64,000 bases of DNA from Oceanispirochaeta sp. (GCA_963666275.2 CAXXOA010000001.1:128001-192000), one strand, 5' to 3'. Shown: positions 28,682-38,862, counted from the stretch's first letter. Numbers and translations are program-made. Notes: generated by a model not told the origin, from the letters alone.

Positions 28682-30392
28682 TGCTGTCCCCCTGTTTCTG
28701 ACGCATTTTCCTCTCCTTATCCAGAAGATCCTTTATCTGTTTATCTGTAAATCCGCCTTCGGTCTGCCAATCCTGAAGATTCAGATCCTCCAGCTTTACA
28801 AGAGGTTCTTTTTCAATATACAGGAGCATTTCATCAGTCAGGCTGTTCATCCTGTTTTTCTCTTCAGGGTTCATTATCTTTTTGTGAAAAGCCGGAAATC
28901 TGTTCTGCCTCTTGCTCTGGGCCGGGGCATCATTGAGCTTTATGAACACCCCGTCCTGCAGGCAGCCCTCAGGGCCCCAGTCCTTTTCAAACTGCATCAG
29001 CCGGGAGCGGAGCATCTCGCAGACCTCCTGTATGGCCGGATCCTCCCGGCTCTCTCCAAAGAGGATATTTGTCTGCTCCGAAGGATCTTCCTTCAGGTCA
29101 AAAAGCTCTTCGTAGCCGCCGTTGTAGTAGTAATTGTATTTGTAGAGCTTTGTTCTCAGAGAAATCCATCTTCTCAGCCCGGCAGAGTACTCCACGTATT
29201 GAACGGACCTGTCCTTCCGGACCTGATCCGCTCCCGCAAGAAGGCTTTCTCCGGGAAAGGTTGTGTTCTTATAGGATATGTTGATCCCCGCGGCATCCAT
29301 GATCGTGGGAAATACATCGTTCAGGTCGGCAAAGCTGTTCTCCACTTCTCCCGGAGGGATGGTTCCGGGAAAGCTGAGGATAAACGGGATCCGGGTACAG
29401 CTGTCATAGGGTAGCCCTTTTTCAAGGGCGCCGTGGTCTCCCAGCATCTCGCCATGATCGCTTGTAAACAGGATCAGTGTATTGTCTCTCTGGCCTGTTT
29501 TCTCCAGAGCATCCAGTATCCGGCCCAGGTTGTAATCCATCTGGCTGATAGAGGAGTAATAGAGCTGACGGTACCGTTTCTGAAGTTTATCCGACAGCCC
29601 TTCCGTTAGTTTCACATTTTCCATGGTCGGCTTGGAAAGAGGCGTGTTGGACCGGATCGGTTCGGGAAGTTCCACGTCCGTATAGATATCGGCAAACCGG
29701 GCGGAAGGATTCTGGGGAGGATGGGGGGAGAGCCAGCTGACCTTCATCAGCCAGGGATGACGTCCACCGTTCTCTTTCAGAAAGTTTATGGCCCTGTCGG
29801 CAACCCAGGTATCCCCTTTCAGTTCTTCGGGGATGATGGCCTGCTGGGGGATGTGAAAGAGGAGGTTCTCACAGCCGTGGAGATTCAGGATGTGCCCCCA
29901 TCCGGCTTCTTTCAGAGACAGGGCATAGTCATCCTGTTCCCTGTATTCGGGACAGCTCTCCATAAGGAGCATTCTGTCATAACCGTGATGCCTCCGGGGA
30001 GGGAGAAACTGGTTTTTTCCGATGGTGACCGTTTCATAGCCGTGGTCCGACAGAACTTTGGGAAAGGTATTGATCCACCCGGGCATGCTGTAGCCCTTGT
30101 TGTTTTCCGTATAGCCATGAACTTTTCCCGTCAGTCCGGTCAGAATGTTGTGTCTTGCGGGCATGCCGTCGGGAACAGGGGTATAGGCATGGGTATACAG
30201 ACGGCCCGATGCTGCGAGTCTGTCCAGGTTCGGGGTGTACATGTGGGGATTTCCCGCTGCGGCGATCGTATCAAAACGCATCTGATCCGTCAGGAGAAAG
30301 AGAATATTGGGACGGTTCTCATCGCGGCTTATCTCTGAATGCTTTTCGTCGTAGGGTATTGTAACAGTTCCGTTGTCTGCAGGGTTTGCCAT
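28671..30392 (-). CDS. sulfatase-family protein with Gly at the catalytic Cys/Ser position
   Basis: PNILFLLTDQ.R, TPNLDRLA, G-M-P-A-R..LTG, GK, PHPP, FTSDHG, ELFDL..DP.E..N; start at MANPAD after GGAGG. Confidence 0.88.
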   Translation of the reverse strand: MANPADNGTVTIPYDEKHSEISRDENRPNILFLLTDQMRFDTIAAAGNPHMYTPNLDRLAASGRLYTHAYTPVPDGMPARHNILTGLTGKVHGYTENNKGYSMPGWINTFPKVLSDHGYETVTIGKNQFLPPRRHHGYDRMLLMESCPEYREQDDYALSLKEAGWGHILNLHGCENLLFHIPQQAIIPEELKGDTWVADRAINFLKENGGRHPWLMKVSWLSPHPPQNPSARFADIYTDVELPEPIRSNTPLSKPTMENVKLTEGLSDKLQKRYRQLYYSSISQMDYNLGRILDALEKTGQRDNTLILFTSDHGEMLGDHGALEKGLPYDSCTRIPFILSFPGTIPPGEVENSFADLNDVFPTIMDAAGINISYKNTTFPGESLLAGADQVRKDRSVQYVEYSAGLRRWISLRTKLYKYNYYYNGGYEELFDLKEDPSEQTNILFGESREDPAIQEVCEMLRSRLMQFEKDWGPEGCLQDGVFIKLNDAPAQSKRQNRFPAFHKKIMNPEEKNRMNSLTDEMLLYIEKEPLVKLEDLNLQDWQTEGGFTDKQIKDLLDKERKMRQKQGDSSEN

Positions 30393-30591
30393 ATGATCCT
30401 CCCGGGAGTGTGCTGACTCTCCGTAATTGTAACGCCTTTTCGCCGGATCATTCAATCATTCCTCAGGAGCCTTAAAAATTCTCATAGAAACCCGGGAGAA
30501 ATTCCATTAGTATAAAGATTCTATTAGTATAATGATATTAATAAACCAGCATAAAAAAATAAATAAACGAAACGAAAAAAGGGAACTGATT

Positions 30592-32592
30592 ATGACAATA
30601 AGAGGGAAATCGATTGCATCTGTCGTTTTTACATCCATTGGGGGAACAGCCTTCCTGTGGCTATTCAATATTTTTTATGTTTTGAGAAACTGGTCTCTTT
30701 TAACAGAGGGCCTGGCCGTATTTGCTTCTGTGGTTATCGGCCTTATGATTGTTGTGTCTCTGGGGGTGGCAAGATTTCTGCGGCCTCTCCTTGAGGCACA
30801 AAAGCAGGTGGAATCTTCCGGAGTCCTGACAGAGGATACAGACAGGAAACTGGGAAGGATTATCAAGAAACTCCCTGTTGTCCTTACCGTCATAAACGGG
30901 GTTGCCTTTTTTCTGGGGCCCCTTGTCAAACATGTGATCTCGCGCATCGCCGTGGGTGAAAATCCATTCAATTTCGGCATGCTTACATCCATTCTCTATT
31001 CCGTTTCTATCGGTGTCTATGTGGCTTTTATCGAATCAAGGCTGATTGAGATGTACCTTCACCCCCTGAAAATGGCAAGGAAGAGAAATTTTCTGGATAA
31101 TGAAAACAGGAAGAAATGGCTGGTCCGGCAGCTGCTGCTCAGCTCAACAATCCTGGTTCTTGCTTTCGGATTGTTCTTTTCCGCAGGAAAAGGGTATCTG
31201 ACGGAGGAACTGCTGGCTCCTTCCAAAATGGATGCTTTATCGGGAGCATCTGAAGCGAATGATGCCCGTTCCGGCTACTGGGCGTCCGCACTGGAGGGCC
31301 GCTCTGTAAACCTGACTGAAAACAGCCCCTATATCCTGGCCAGGCAGGGGGAATATTATCTGAAAATGTTCATTCTGGGCCTGATTGTCACAGCCGCTTC
31401 TCTGCTGGCGGGATATCTGGAAAACCGCCCGCTTGAATCACGGCTGTATGAGATGAACAGACGCCTGAAGGAACTGGCCCGGGGGGAGGGGCATTCGGAA
31501 GAGAAGCTGGTGATCCTTCAGGATGATGAACTGGGGGAAGCTGTCCACTGGATAAACACCTTTATAGACAGGCAGGCCGAACTCATGAACACCATCAGAA
31601 ATTCCATCTCCAGTCTTGCCGCCATATCCAGTGAATTGTTTGAAATGGATCAGTTTGCCCAGTCCCTGGGGGAGGGGATGTCCCGGGGCGTTTCCCTGGT
31701 TCAGAAAAACCTGGAGATTCAGAGGACCGCTCTGGAAGGGGTCAAAAGCGATGTGGAGAGTTTAAGCTCCAATATCACCTTTACGGCCGGGAATATCCGG
31801 GAGCAGAACGATGCCATGAGCAGCAACTCCACCTCGGTTGAAGAGATGACAGCCAATATCGGTTCGGTTTCCAAAAACGCCCAGGGTGTTTATGACAGGA
31901 CTCAGAACCTGAAGATCAAAGCCGAAGACAGCAGCAGGGAGATGCTTGAAATGATGAACGGCATCCGTAACGTGGTAGCGTCGGCGGAAGAGGTGGCCCA
32001 GAGTGTGGGACAGATCGGAAAAATCGCGGCTCAGACAAACCTGCTGGCTATGAATGCGGCCATCGAGGCGGCTCATGCGGGAGATGTGGGGGCGGGATTC
32101 GCCGTGGTTGCCGCGGAGGTCAGGAAGCTGGCTGAGGATTCAGGAGTCACAACAAAGCGCATTTCCGAGCATATCGGCAGGATGAACGAACTGAGCGGAA
32201 GCGGTCTTGTTCAGGCTCAGAAAGCCCAGGAGAGTTTCGGGGAGATCAGTGAGGATGTTAAAAAAAATGCGGAGCTTATGGCTGAAATTTCCCAGGCCAT
32301 GAAGGAGCAGGAAGCGGGGAGTCATGAGATGCAGTCTTCCATGGAAAGGCTGGACAGCCTGAGCCGGGATGTCCTGAAGATTACCCGGGATCAGGAAGTC
32401 CAGAGCCAGCATATGGGGGAGAGTATGGGGCATCTGAACCGGGCTGCCAACGGCATCCAGGAACAGATGGACTCTCTTGTGGATCTGAACAATCAGGTGG
32501 AAACTTTCATTGCCTCATTGAATGAAATCATCAAACGGAATACATCCATGGTTGAGGATCTGAGACGGGTTTCCTCTCTGAGTCAGGAATAG
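30592..32592 (+). CDS. methyl-accepting chemotaxis protein with polytopic membrane N-terminus
   Basis: About 6 TMs, HAMP (DELG), QTNLLAMNAAIEAAHAG..G.GFAVVA.EVRKLAE. Confidence 0.92.
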   Translation: MTIRGKSIASVVFTSIGGTAFLWLFNIFYVLRNWSLLTEGLAVFASVVIGLMIVVSLGVARFLRPLLEAQKQVESSGVLTEDTDRKLGRIIKKLPVVLTVINGVAFFLGPLVKHVISRIAVGENPFNFGMLTSILYSVSIGVYVAFIESRLIEMYLHPLKMARKRNFLDNENRKKWLVRQLLLSSTILVLAFGLFFSAGKGYLTEELLAPSKMDALSGASEANDARSGYWASALEGRSVNLTENSPYILARQGEYYLKMFILGLIVTAASLLAGYLENRPLESRLYEMNRRLKELARGEGHSEEKLVILQDDELGEAVHWINTFIDRQAELMNTIRNSISSLAAISSELFEMDQFAQSLGEGMSRGVSLVQKNLEIQRTALEGVKSDVESLSSNITFTAGNIREQNDAMSSNSTSVEEMTANIGSVSKNAQGVYDRTQNLKIKAEDSSREMLEMMNGIRNVVASAEEVAQSVGQIGKIAAQTNLLAMNAAIEAAHAGDVGAGFAVVAAEVRKLAEDSGVTTKRISEHIGRMNELSGSGLVQAQKAQESFGEISEDVKKNAELMAEISQAMKEQEAGSHEMQSSMERLDSLSRDVLKITRDQEVQSQHMGESMGHLNRAANGIQEQMDSLVDLNNQVETFIASLNEIIKRNTSMVEDLRRVSSLSQE

Positions 32593-33434
32593 ACAAGTTC
32601 TGTAAAGGCTTTTCGCAGTGAACCCGTCAGGTCTCCTGGTGTTCCCGTACCGATCGGGCGGTTGTCTATTTTTACCACAGGAATGATCTCTGCTCCCGTG
32701 CCTGTCAGGAAGCACTCATCCGCCGTATACAGATCAAACCGGGTCAGGGTGGTCTCCGCAAAGGGGACTCCCTGTTTTTCTGCCAGTTCCAGTATGCTGC
32801 TGCGGGTAATGCCTTCCAGAATTCCAAGATGCGGGGCGGGTGTAAGGAGTTTTCCTTCCCGGATGATAAAGATATTATCGGCAGTACACTCTGTCACATA
32901 GCCGTCCCTGTTGAGCAGAACCGCCTCCAGGCATCCTGCCGCATGGGCTTCCATCTTGGCCATTATGTTGGTCAGATAGTTCAGGCTTTTGACCCGGGGA
33001 TCAAAGATATCCGGCGAGAGCCTTCTTGTCCCGGCTGTGACGACAGCTATGCCTTTGCGGTAGAAATCTTCCGGATACAGGGAAATCCCGTCCACAATGA
33101 TGATCACCGAAGGAACCGGACAGCTGCCCGGGTCTATTCCCAGAGATCCTTTCCCCCTTGTCACCACCAGGCGGATGTAGCCGTCTTCCCGTTCGTTGAG
33201 ATCTACGGTTTTCTGTACCAGCCGGCCCATCTCTTCCGGGGTCTCCCGGATCATCAGATTCAGGGCTCTGGCACTCTGATAGAGCCTTTTGATATGCTCC
33301 TCCAGTTTGAAGATCTTTCCGCCATAGAGCCTGATCCCTTCAAAAATACCGTCACCATAAAGCAGGCCATGGTCGAAAACGGATATTTTCGCGTCATCTT
33401 TTTCGTAGAATTCTCCGTCAATATACACTTTCAT
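32583..33434 (-). CDS. ilvE: branched-chain amino acid aminotransferase
   Basis: DHGLLYGDGIFEGIR, YIRLVVTRG, KSLNYL, L.GITR, ADECFLTGT.AE. Confidence 0.92.
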   Translation of the reverse strand: MKVYIDGEFYEKDDAKISVFDHGLLYGDGIFEGIRLYGGKIFKLEEHIKRLYQSARALNLMIRETPEEMGRLVQKTVDLNEREDGYIRLVVTRGKGSLGIDPGSCPVPSVIIIVDGISLYPEDFYRKGIAVVTAGTRRLSPDIFDPRVKSLNYLTNIMAKMEAHAAGCLEAVLLNRDGYVTECTADNIFIIREGKLLTPAPHLGILEGITRSSILELAEKQGVPFAETTLTRFDLYTADECFLTGTGAEIIPVVKIDNRPIGTGTPGDLTGSLRKAFTELVYS

Positions 33435-34240
33435 TTCTTTACCTCCCGGTTATGAAAAATGTCTCTCAGATAGGTGTATCCCTCTCCGAATGTTTCTGTC
33501 ATCTGGGGCTCAAACCGCTCCACGATTTTCATGATGTAGATATCATGCTTGATATAGTCTTCCGCCAGAGTGACAAAGCCCCGGTTCCGGCTCCAGGCCC
33601 CTTCCGGGCCGCTTTCCGAAATAGTTCCGGCCAGGGCGGATGCCGAGTCGGTGACAAGGGTAAATCCCCGGCCTCCCTTTTCCTGGTAGAGGGTGTCTTC
33701 AATGGGATGCTGGAAAAGATACTCCATTTCCGACGATACCGGGCCGAAGTGGACGACCGCCGTTCTGATCCCTTCGTCTCTTTTTTTGTTGACCAGCGGG
33801 GCCAGCTGCCTGAATTCCTCTTTCCACAGGGACAGCAGGATCGTGTTTTCGGCAGTGAGGATCATCCTTTCGGCTTTCTCCATCATCTGGTCCATATCTT
33901 TCAGGTTCCATATGAAAGAGAGGTTTTTGCTCTCCCGGGGCTTCCTGAGTTCAGAGGACAGGGCGCTGATCCTTTTGTTCATCTGATAGCGGTAGGCGCT
34001 GAGAAACTCTTCCGGTTCCTGGGGAACATAGCGCTTTTTTGACTGATCCTGAATCTCAAGGATCATCTGTTTGTCCAGGAGCTTTCTGACCACACCGTAG
34101 ATTTTGGATGTGGGAATCCCGGCCTGTCCGGCGGCTTCGTAGGCCGTGAGAGGATGATCTTCCAGAAGGGCCAGATAGGTCCGGGCTTCATAGTCGGAGA
34201 GACCGAGATTCATGAGCTCTGTATTAATATTAACTACCAT
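33431..34240 (-). CDS. TrmB family transcriptional regulator
   Basis: LGLS.YEA..YLALL...TAYE.A..AGIP.SKIY N-terminal wHTH. Confidence 0.88.
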   Translation of the reverse strand: MVVNINTELMNLGLSDYEARTYLALLEDHPLTAYEAAGQAGIPTSKIYGVVRKLLDKQMILEIQDQSKKRYVPQEPEEFLSAYRYQMNKRISALSSELRKPRESKNLSFIWNLKDMDQMMEKAERMILTAENTILLSLWKEEFRQLAPLVNKKRDEGIRTAVVHFGPVSSEMEYLFQHPIEDTLYQEKGGRGFTLVTDSASALAGTISESGPEGAWSRNRGFVTLAEDYIKHDIYIMKIVERFEPQMTETFGEGYTYLRDIFHNREVKK

Positions 34241-34277
34241 GGTAGTTAATATAGGGGCGTAAGAAGATTTTTGTCAA
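34227..34277 (-). promoter_or_regulatory. sigma70 promoter with 26-bp perfect palindromic operator over the trmB start
   Basis: TTGACA at 34277-34272, TATATT at 34253-34248; ATATTAACTACCATGGTAGTTAATAT at 34227-34252. Confidence 0.75.
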
Positions 34278-34294
34278 GAATTAAAAACACAAAA

Positions 34295-35005
34295 TCAGTC
34301 TGTCAGGGGGAAAAGATCCGCTTTTTCAGCTTCCAGTATCAGTCCCAGAGCCTTCTCGGGGGAAGTGGAATTGATGAGATCTCTTATAAGATCCGTATCG
34401 GTGGCGATCCGGCTGACCCGTGAAAGGATCCGGAGATGGATGACTTCGCTGTCTGTGATAATGAGAAAAAACAGGTGGGTGGGGTTTCCGTCAATAGCAT
34501 CGAAATCACAGCCTTCGCGGCAGATTCCCATAATGATTTCCGGTCCGGGGATAAGACTTTCCTCAGGACGTCTCAGATGGGGTATGGCGATAGACTGCCC
34601 TATGGCGGTAGAGCTGAGGCTCTCTCTGTGCATCAGCTTTTCAAGAAAAACCTGACGCCCCTGGGCTCCCAGTTCCAGAGGAGCAATCATACTGTTGAGG
34701 ATGGCCTCTTTGGATCCCGGTTTAAGGTCCAGGAGTATCCGCTCCTTTTTGATGAGTCTTGAAAGGGGGACCAGAGATCCCTCTTTTTCAATCAGACTGG
34801 ACAGATCATTCTTCGGCAGGACATTCATCCGGGAGATCAGCCAGTCGTCGATCATGGGTTTCATGAAGCGCCACTGACTGGCTACTTTGGCGCAGGGAAT
34901 CTCCTTTTTCTGGATCATCCGCAAGACGGTTTTCTCCGCTACCTTCAGGTATTCGGCTACCTCACTGAGAGTCATAATCTGGTTATCAAAAGAACTGTTT
35001 GTCAT
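34295..35005 (-). CDS. excisionase-type HTH fused to PTS EIIA domain
   Basis: MTL.EVAEYLKV.EKTV.RM...EIP..KV..QWRF, then RE...STAIG..IAIPH, FDAIDG.P..LFF; real start about 35005, the longer ORF overlaps the next gene. Confidence 0.88.
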   Translation of the reverse strand: MTNSSFDNQIMTLSEVAEYLKVAEKTVLRMIQKKEIPCAKVASQWRFMKPMIDDWLISRMNVLPKNDLSSLIEKEGSLVPLSRLIKKERILLDLKPGSKEAILNSMIAPLELGAQGRQVFLEKLMHRESLSSTAIGQSIAIPHLRRPEESLIPGPEIIMGICREGCDFDAIDGNPTHLFFLIITDSEVIHLRILSRVSRIATDTDLIRDLINSTSPEKALGLILEAEKADLFPLTD

Positions 35006-35167
35006 CAGGAGTACACTATAGTCTTTTTTATACCTCCATGGCAATGTATTCTTTCCTGCATCTTGCCGGGATCTCCGGAATTTAAACCCTCCCTGAGCGG
35101 AAGGACGCCGCCCTGATTGATTGACTAAGCTCCTGAAGCTGCTATAGCATGATCCCGGAGGAGAGCA

Positions 35168-35932
35168 GTGAAAGATTTTATCGTCAAGGTTGCCAGAGAG
35201 GCGGGAGAACTGGCGCTCTCCTACCGGAAAGATATCGATGCCATCCGTATGGTACGAAAAAGAACTGAAAAAGACCTGGTCACAGAGGCTGATCAGGCGG
35301 TGGAGGCCTATATCCGCAGACAGGTCGAAGAGCGCTATCCCGGCCATGCCTTTACGGGAGAAGAACAGGGTTCCACGGGAGAGAGCGATTACCGCTGGAT
35401 TGTGGATCCCATCGACGGAACCATTTCCTTTTTTCACGGCCAGCATTTTTTCAGTGTCTCCATTGCACTTGTGCACAAGGGTGAAACCACTCTGGCGGCA
35501 GTCTACGCTCCTGCTCTGGATGAACTTTTTTTTGCAGAAAAGGGGAAGGGCGCCTTTCTGAACGGTAACAGGATCTCTGTTTCCTCAACCCGGGAGGTAA
35601 AAGATGCTGTGGCTGCGACCGGGTTCTGCTGTATCCGTGACGGAAAAGAGACAGACAGCATGGAGATCTTTGCCCGGATGGTTCCGGTTCTCAGAGATTT
35701 CAGACGCAGCGGTTCCGCTGCATTGGATCTGTGTCATGTCGCCTGCGGCAGGCTGGATGCCTACTGGGAGAGATGTCTGAATATCTACGATGTGGCTGCG
35801 GGATTGCTGATCGTGGAAGAAGCCGGCGGGACTGTTACAGACTACAGGGGGAACCGGGAGCAAATTCCTTCGGAAATTGCCGCCACTAACGGTCTGATAC
35901 AGAAAGAATTTCTGAAGTCCCTCTATGCCTGA
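35168..35932 (+). CDS. suhB: inositol monophosphatase family protein
   Basis: DLVTEAD, GEE, WIVDPIDGT, RRSGSAALDL, DVAAG.LIVEEAGG. Confidence 0.85.
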   Translation: MKDFIVKVAREAGELALSYRKDIDAIRMVRKRTEKDLVTEADQAVEAYIRRQVEERYPGHAFTGEEQGSTGESDYRWIVDPIDGTISFFHGQHFFSVSIALVHKGETTLAAVYAPALDELFFAEKGKGAFLNGNRISVSSTREVKDAVAATGFCCIRDGKETDSMEIFARMVPVLRDFRRSGSAALDLCHVACGRLDAYWERCLNIYDVAAGLLIVEEAGGTVTDYRGNREQIPSEIAATNGLIQKEFLKSLYA

Positions 35933-35954
35933 TTTCCTTCAGGACAGATTTTCC

Positions 35955-36698
35955 TCAGGCAATCAGAATCTCCACACCTGCTTTTTCCAGAAGGGTTCTG
36001 ATCTCCCCGGGAATGTCTTCGTCGGTTATAAGGCAATCCACTTCTTCCGCCCGGCAGTAACGGGAAAGGGCCACTTTGCCGAACTTGCTTGAATCGGTCA
36101 GAATATAGGTTCGGGGGCTGCGGCTAATGATTTCATGGTTGATTTCAGCCCGCATCATGTCCCGGCCTGTAAAGCCGGTTTCCGGTGTAAAACCGTCGAT
36201 TCCTATAAAGGCTTTGGAAAAATTGAGAGCATTCAGGCAGAGTTTGACAAGGTTTCCCACCATACATTCACTTTCGGGCTGATAGATACCGCCCAGGAGA
36301 ATCACCTTTCCCTCCGCTTCCTTCCCGATCTGACGGGCAATGAAGGTATTGGATGTTATAATTGTGGTTCCCGGAATCTTTGCCACTTCCTTGGCAAACA
36401 GGGCATTGATCGAACCCGATTCTATATAGATGATCTCCCCTTCCGAAACATTTTCAGCCGCTTTCCGGGCAATTTGAAGTTTTTTTTCATAGTTGATACC
36501 CATGCGGTGGGAAATATCATCGCTTTCATCCAGTACGGCCCCGCCGTGAACTCTTCTGAGAAAGCCATTATTTTCAAGCATTGTAAGATCCTGTCTCACC
36601 GTGGCCTGGGAAACCCCAAGCTGCTGAGCCAGGGCATTGACGGAGACTTTCCTTCCGTCAGACATGATGCTCAGGATCTGTTTATGTCTTTCATTCAT
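35955..36698 (-). CDS. DeoR/GlpR family regulator
   Basis: R...IL...VS..LA..LGVS.ATVRQDL..LE..G.L.RVHGGA, DSSKFG. Confidence 0.93.
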   Translation of the reverse strand: MNERHKQILSIMSDGRKVSVNALAQQLGVSQATVRQDLTMLENNGFLRRVHGGAVLDESDDISHRMGINYEKKLQIARKAAENVSEGEIIYIESGSINALFAKEVAKIPGTTIITSNTFIARQIGKEAEGKVILLGGIYQPESECMVGNLVKLCLNALNFSKAFIGIDGFTPETGFTGRDMMRAEINHEIISRSPRTYILTDSSKFGKVALSRYCRAEEVDCLITDEDIPGEIRTLLEKAGVEILIA

Positions 36699-36736
36699 AT
36701 TATTACTATTCCTATATTCTTTTTGTTATGTCTCTA

Positions 36737-37216
36737 TCATATCTGTATTGTCTCTTTCTGAGAAGTATTCAGGTAGTCTCTTATCACATCAACGGCAAAA
36801 TCATGATCTTCTTCATCTGTCAGGCCCGATACAGTAAGAGATCCGATGATCCCTCCGGAAGAGAGGAGGATGGGAAAGGCTCCGCCCCAGGGTCTGTACT
36901 CCGTGGGATCCAGGAAATAACTCTCCACATTCTTGCCCCTGCTTTTCATATGACGGGACACATAGAGAGAACTGTGCTGGAAATAGGCACAGATCTTCTG
37001 CTTCCCTTCAATCCAGCGGCTGTTGTCCCGGGTGGTTCCCTCAAGAAAAGCTGTAAACAGAAGCTGTCCGTTTCTATGGATCCCGATAGCTAGAGGAAGG
37101 GATTCTTCGGTTGCCTTTTCTACGGCTGATCTGCCCAGTTCCCAGGCAATGGTGTTGTTGAATTGCGGAAAAGTCAGTTCTTTCTCCTCCTGAAGGAGAG
37201 TAGGGAGGTCTTTCAT
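36737..37216 (-). CDS. GlcG/HbpS-like (DUF336/UPF0303) small protein
   Basis: AWELG, DN..W..K, SS, GGAFPI, VSGL..EEDH. Confidence 0.85.
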   Translation of the reverse strand: MKDLPTLLQEEKELTFPQFNNTIAWELGRSAVEKATEESLPLAIGIHRNGQLLFTAFLEGTTRDNSRWIEGKQKICAYFQHSSLYVSRHMKSRGKNVESYFLDPTEYRPWGGAFPILLSSGGIIGSLTVSGLTDEEDHDFAVDVIRDYLNTSQKETIQI

Positions 37217-37237
37217 GGAAAAACCTTGTCATGCTGT

Positions 37238-37268
37238 TTCAAATGAAGAAAAATGATATTCATATGAA
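37238..37268. promoter_or_regulatory. paired TTCATATGAA-type operator
   Basis: TTCAAATGAA at 37238 and TTCATATGAA at 37259 (21 bp apart), upstream of the UPF0303-DeoR genes. Confidence 0.65.
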
Positions 37269-37289
37269 AATATTATGGAGGGAATTTTT

Positions 37290-38792
37290 CTATCTGTCAA
37301 TAAAATCTCCCAGGCCGGCCCTGCTTATATGATCACCTGCCCGGAGCCCCTGGGCGGCGATTGTCAGAGCGGGATTGACAGCTCCGGAGGTGGGAAAGAA
37401 ACTGGCATCCACCACAAACAGATTGGGATGGTCCCAGCTCCGGCCGAAAGGATCCAGCGGTGCTTCTTCGGCGGTTCTGCCGAAGCGGATGGTTCCGCAC
37501 TGATGCTGAACCGCCCGGATATCCCTTTTATCAACAAAGATCAGAGGGTATCCGGCTTTTCTCATCATCCGGGAGGCTGCTGAAATCAGCTGCCTGTGGG
37601 CTTCTGTATTCCTGTGTTCTACAGAAAGCTGAATCCGGTTGTCCTCCCTGAGGATGATTCTGTTTTCCCTTTCAGGGGGATCTTCGGTCATCAGCCAGAG
37701 ATCAATGCTTCTGGGAGCAATGACGCCGGCCAGGGATTTCAGTATTCCTCCCGATCGGGTCTTCAGCATTTCCCTCTGAATCTTTCCTCTGAGCTGGATA
37801 TTGCCCCAGCCTCTTTCATAGAAGTCATTCAGCCCCAGGGTTTTCTGAAATACAGTCGGGTTTTTTTTCAGAGGGGATAGGGCCAGCATGACCGAATTGA
37901 TATGGCTCATATAGTTCCGGCCCACCAGGTCGGTCGTATTGGCCGCCCCGGATTTATGCTTTTCATCCCGGGACCGGAGCAGGAGGGCGGCCGAATTGAC
38001 TGCCCCAGCGGACACCACTACCAGACGTGCCTTCTGATCGTATTCTTTCCCTTCATGCAGAATCCTGGCTCCCTCTATCAGGTTTTTCTTTCCGGCATAA
38101 AGGAGTTTTACCGCATAGGCCCCTGTGAGCAGTGTCAGGTTGGAGTCTGTTTTCAGATACAGCGGCCGGAGGAACCGGTTCTCTCCATCCCCTTTGGCCC
38201 GTACCATGCAGGGAAATCCGTCGCAGGGACTGCCCTTTCTGCACTTTCCCCCGGGCCCCTGATCAATGGCGATGGGGAGATGAAAAGGGTGAAGCCCCTG
38301 TTTTTCAAGATCTACCGCCAGATCGGTTATAACCTGTTCATGCGAAGCGGCGGTGAAAGGGTATTCCTTCCGGGGCGGCTCTGTGGGATCCTCTCCGGAT
38401 TTTCCCCTGACCCCCAGGAGTTCTTCGGCTTTTTCATACCAGGGGGCGAAGTCGCTGTAGTTCACAGGCCAGTTTCTGAAGTCTGATTCCCGCAGCCTGA
38501 AGGCGGTTCCTCCGAAGAACTTGCTGTTTCCCCCCACGTTGTAGTACATCCTGGGCGTAAAGGACTGCCCCTGCCTGTCGATCCAGATCTCCCGGCTGGC
38601 ATAGCGTCTGTTCTCTACAATCTCATGAACATCCCAGTTCTCTTTTTCCTGCTTTATGAAATCTCCCCGTTCGACCATCAGGACTGAGAGTCCCGAATCC
38701 TTCAGGGCGTAGGCGAGAGCACTTCCGCCCATGCCGGAACCTATGATCAGAACGTCGTAGGTGAAATTTTTATTCCAAATATTTGAATTCAT
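37290..38792 (-). CDS. GMC family FAD oxidoreductase
   Basis: DVLIIGSGMGG, VGGNSKF.G...R, C..FPC, SAGAVNSA.LLLRS, HQCGT, VNPALT. Confidence 0.9.
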   Translation of the reverse strand: MNSNIWNKNFTYDVLIIGSGMGGSALAYALKDSGLSVLMVERGDFIKQEKENWDVHEIVENRRYASREIWIDRQGQSFTPRMYYNVGGNSKFFGGTAFRLRESDFRNWPVNYSDFAPWYEKAEELLGVRGKSGEDPTEPPRKEYPFTAASHEQVITDLAVDLEKQGLHPFHLPIAIDQGPGGKCRKGSPCDGFPCMVRAKGDGENRFLRPLYLKTDSNLTLLTGAYAVKLLYAGKKNLIEGARILHEGKEYDQKARLVVVSAGAVNSAALLLRSRDEKHKSGAANTTDLVGRNYMSHINSVMLALSPLKKNPTVFQKTLGLNDFYERGWGNIQLRGKIQREMLKTRSGGILKSLAGVIAPRSIDLWLMTEDPPERENRIILREDNRIQLSVEHRNTEAHRQLISAASRMMRKAGYPLIFVDKRDIRAVQHQCGTIRFGRTAEEAPLDPFGRSWDHPNLFVVDASFFPTSGAVNPALTIAAQGLRAGDHISRAGLGDFIDR

Positions 38793-38813
38793 AAGTATAA
38801 TTGTATTATATTG

Positions 38814-38845
38814 TCCATATGAAATCAAAAAAACTTTCGAATGAA
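38814..38845. promoter_or_regulatory. paired TTCATATGAA-type operator in the GMC / epimerase divergon
   Basis: TCCATATGAA at 38814 and TTCGAATGAA at 38836. Confidence 0.6.
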
Positions 38846-38862
38846 AGTTAAAAGAGGTTTAT

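Noticed and set aside
35006..35476. N-terminal extension of the 393-aa ORF (also the 5288-5560 extension of rbsD)
   Set aside because: It overlaps a divergent real gene; homology begins at the internal Met
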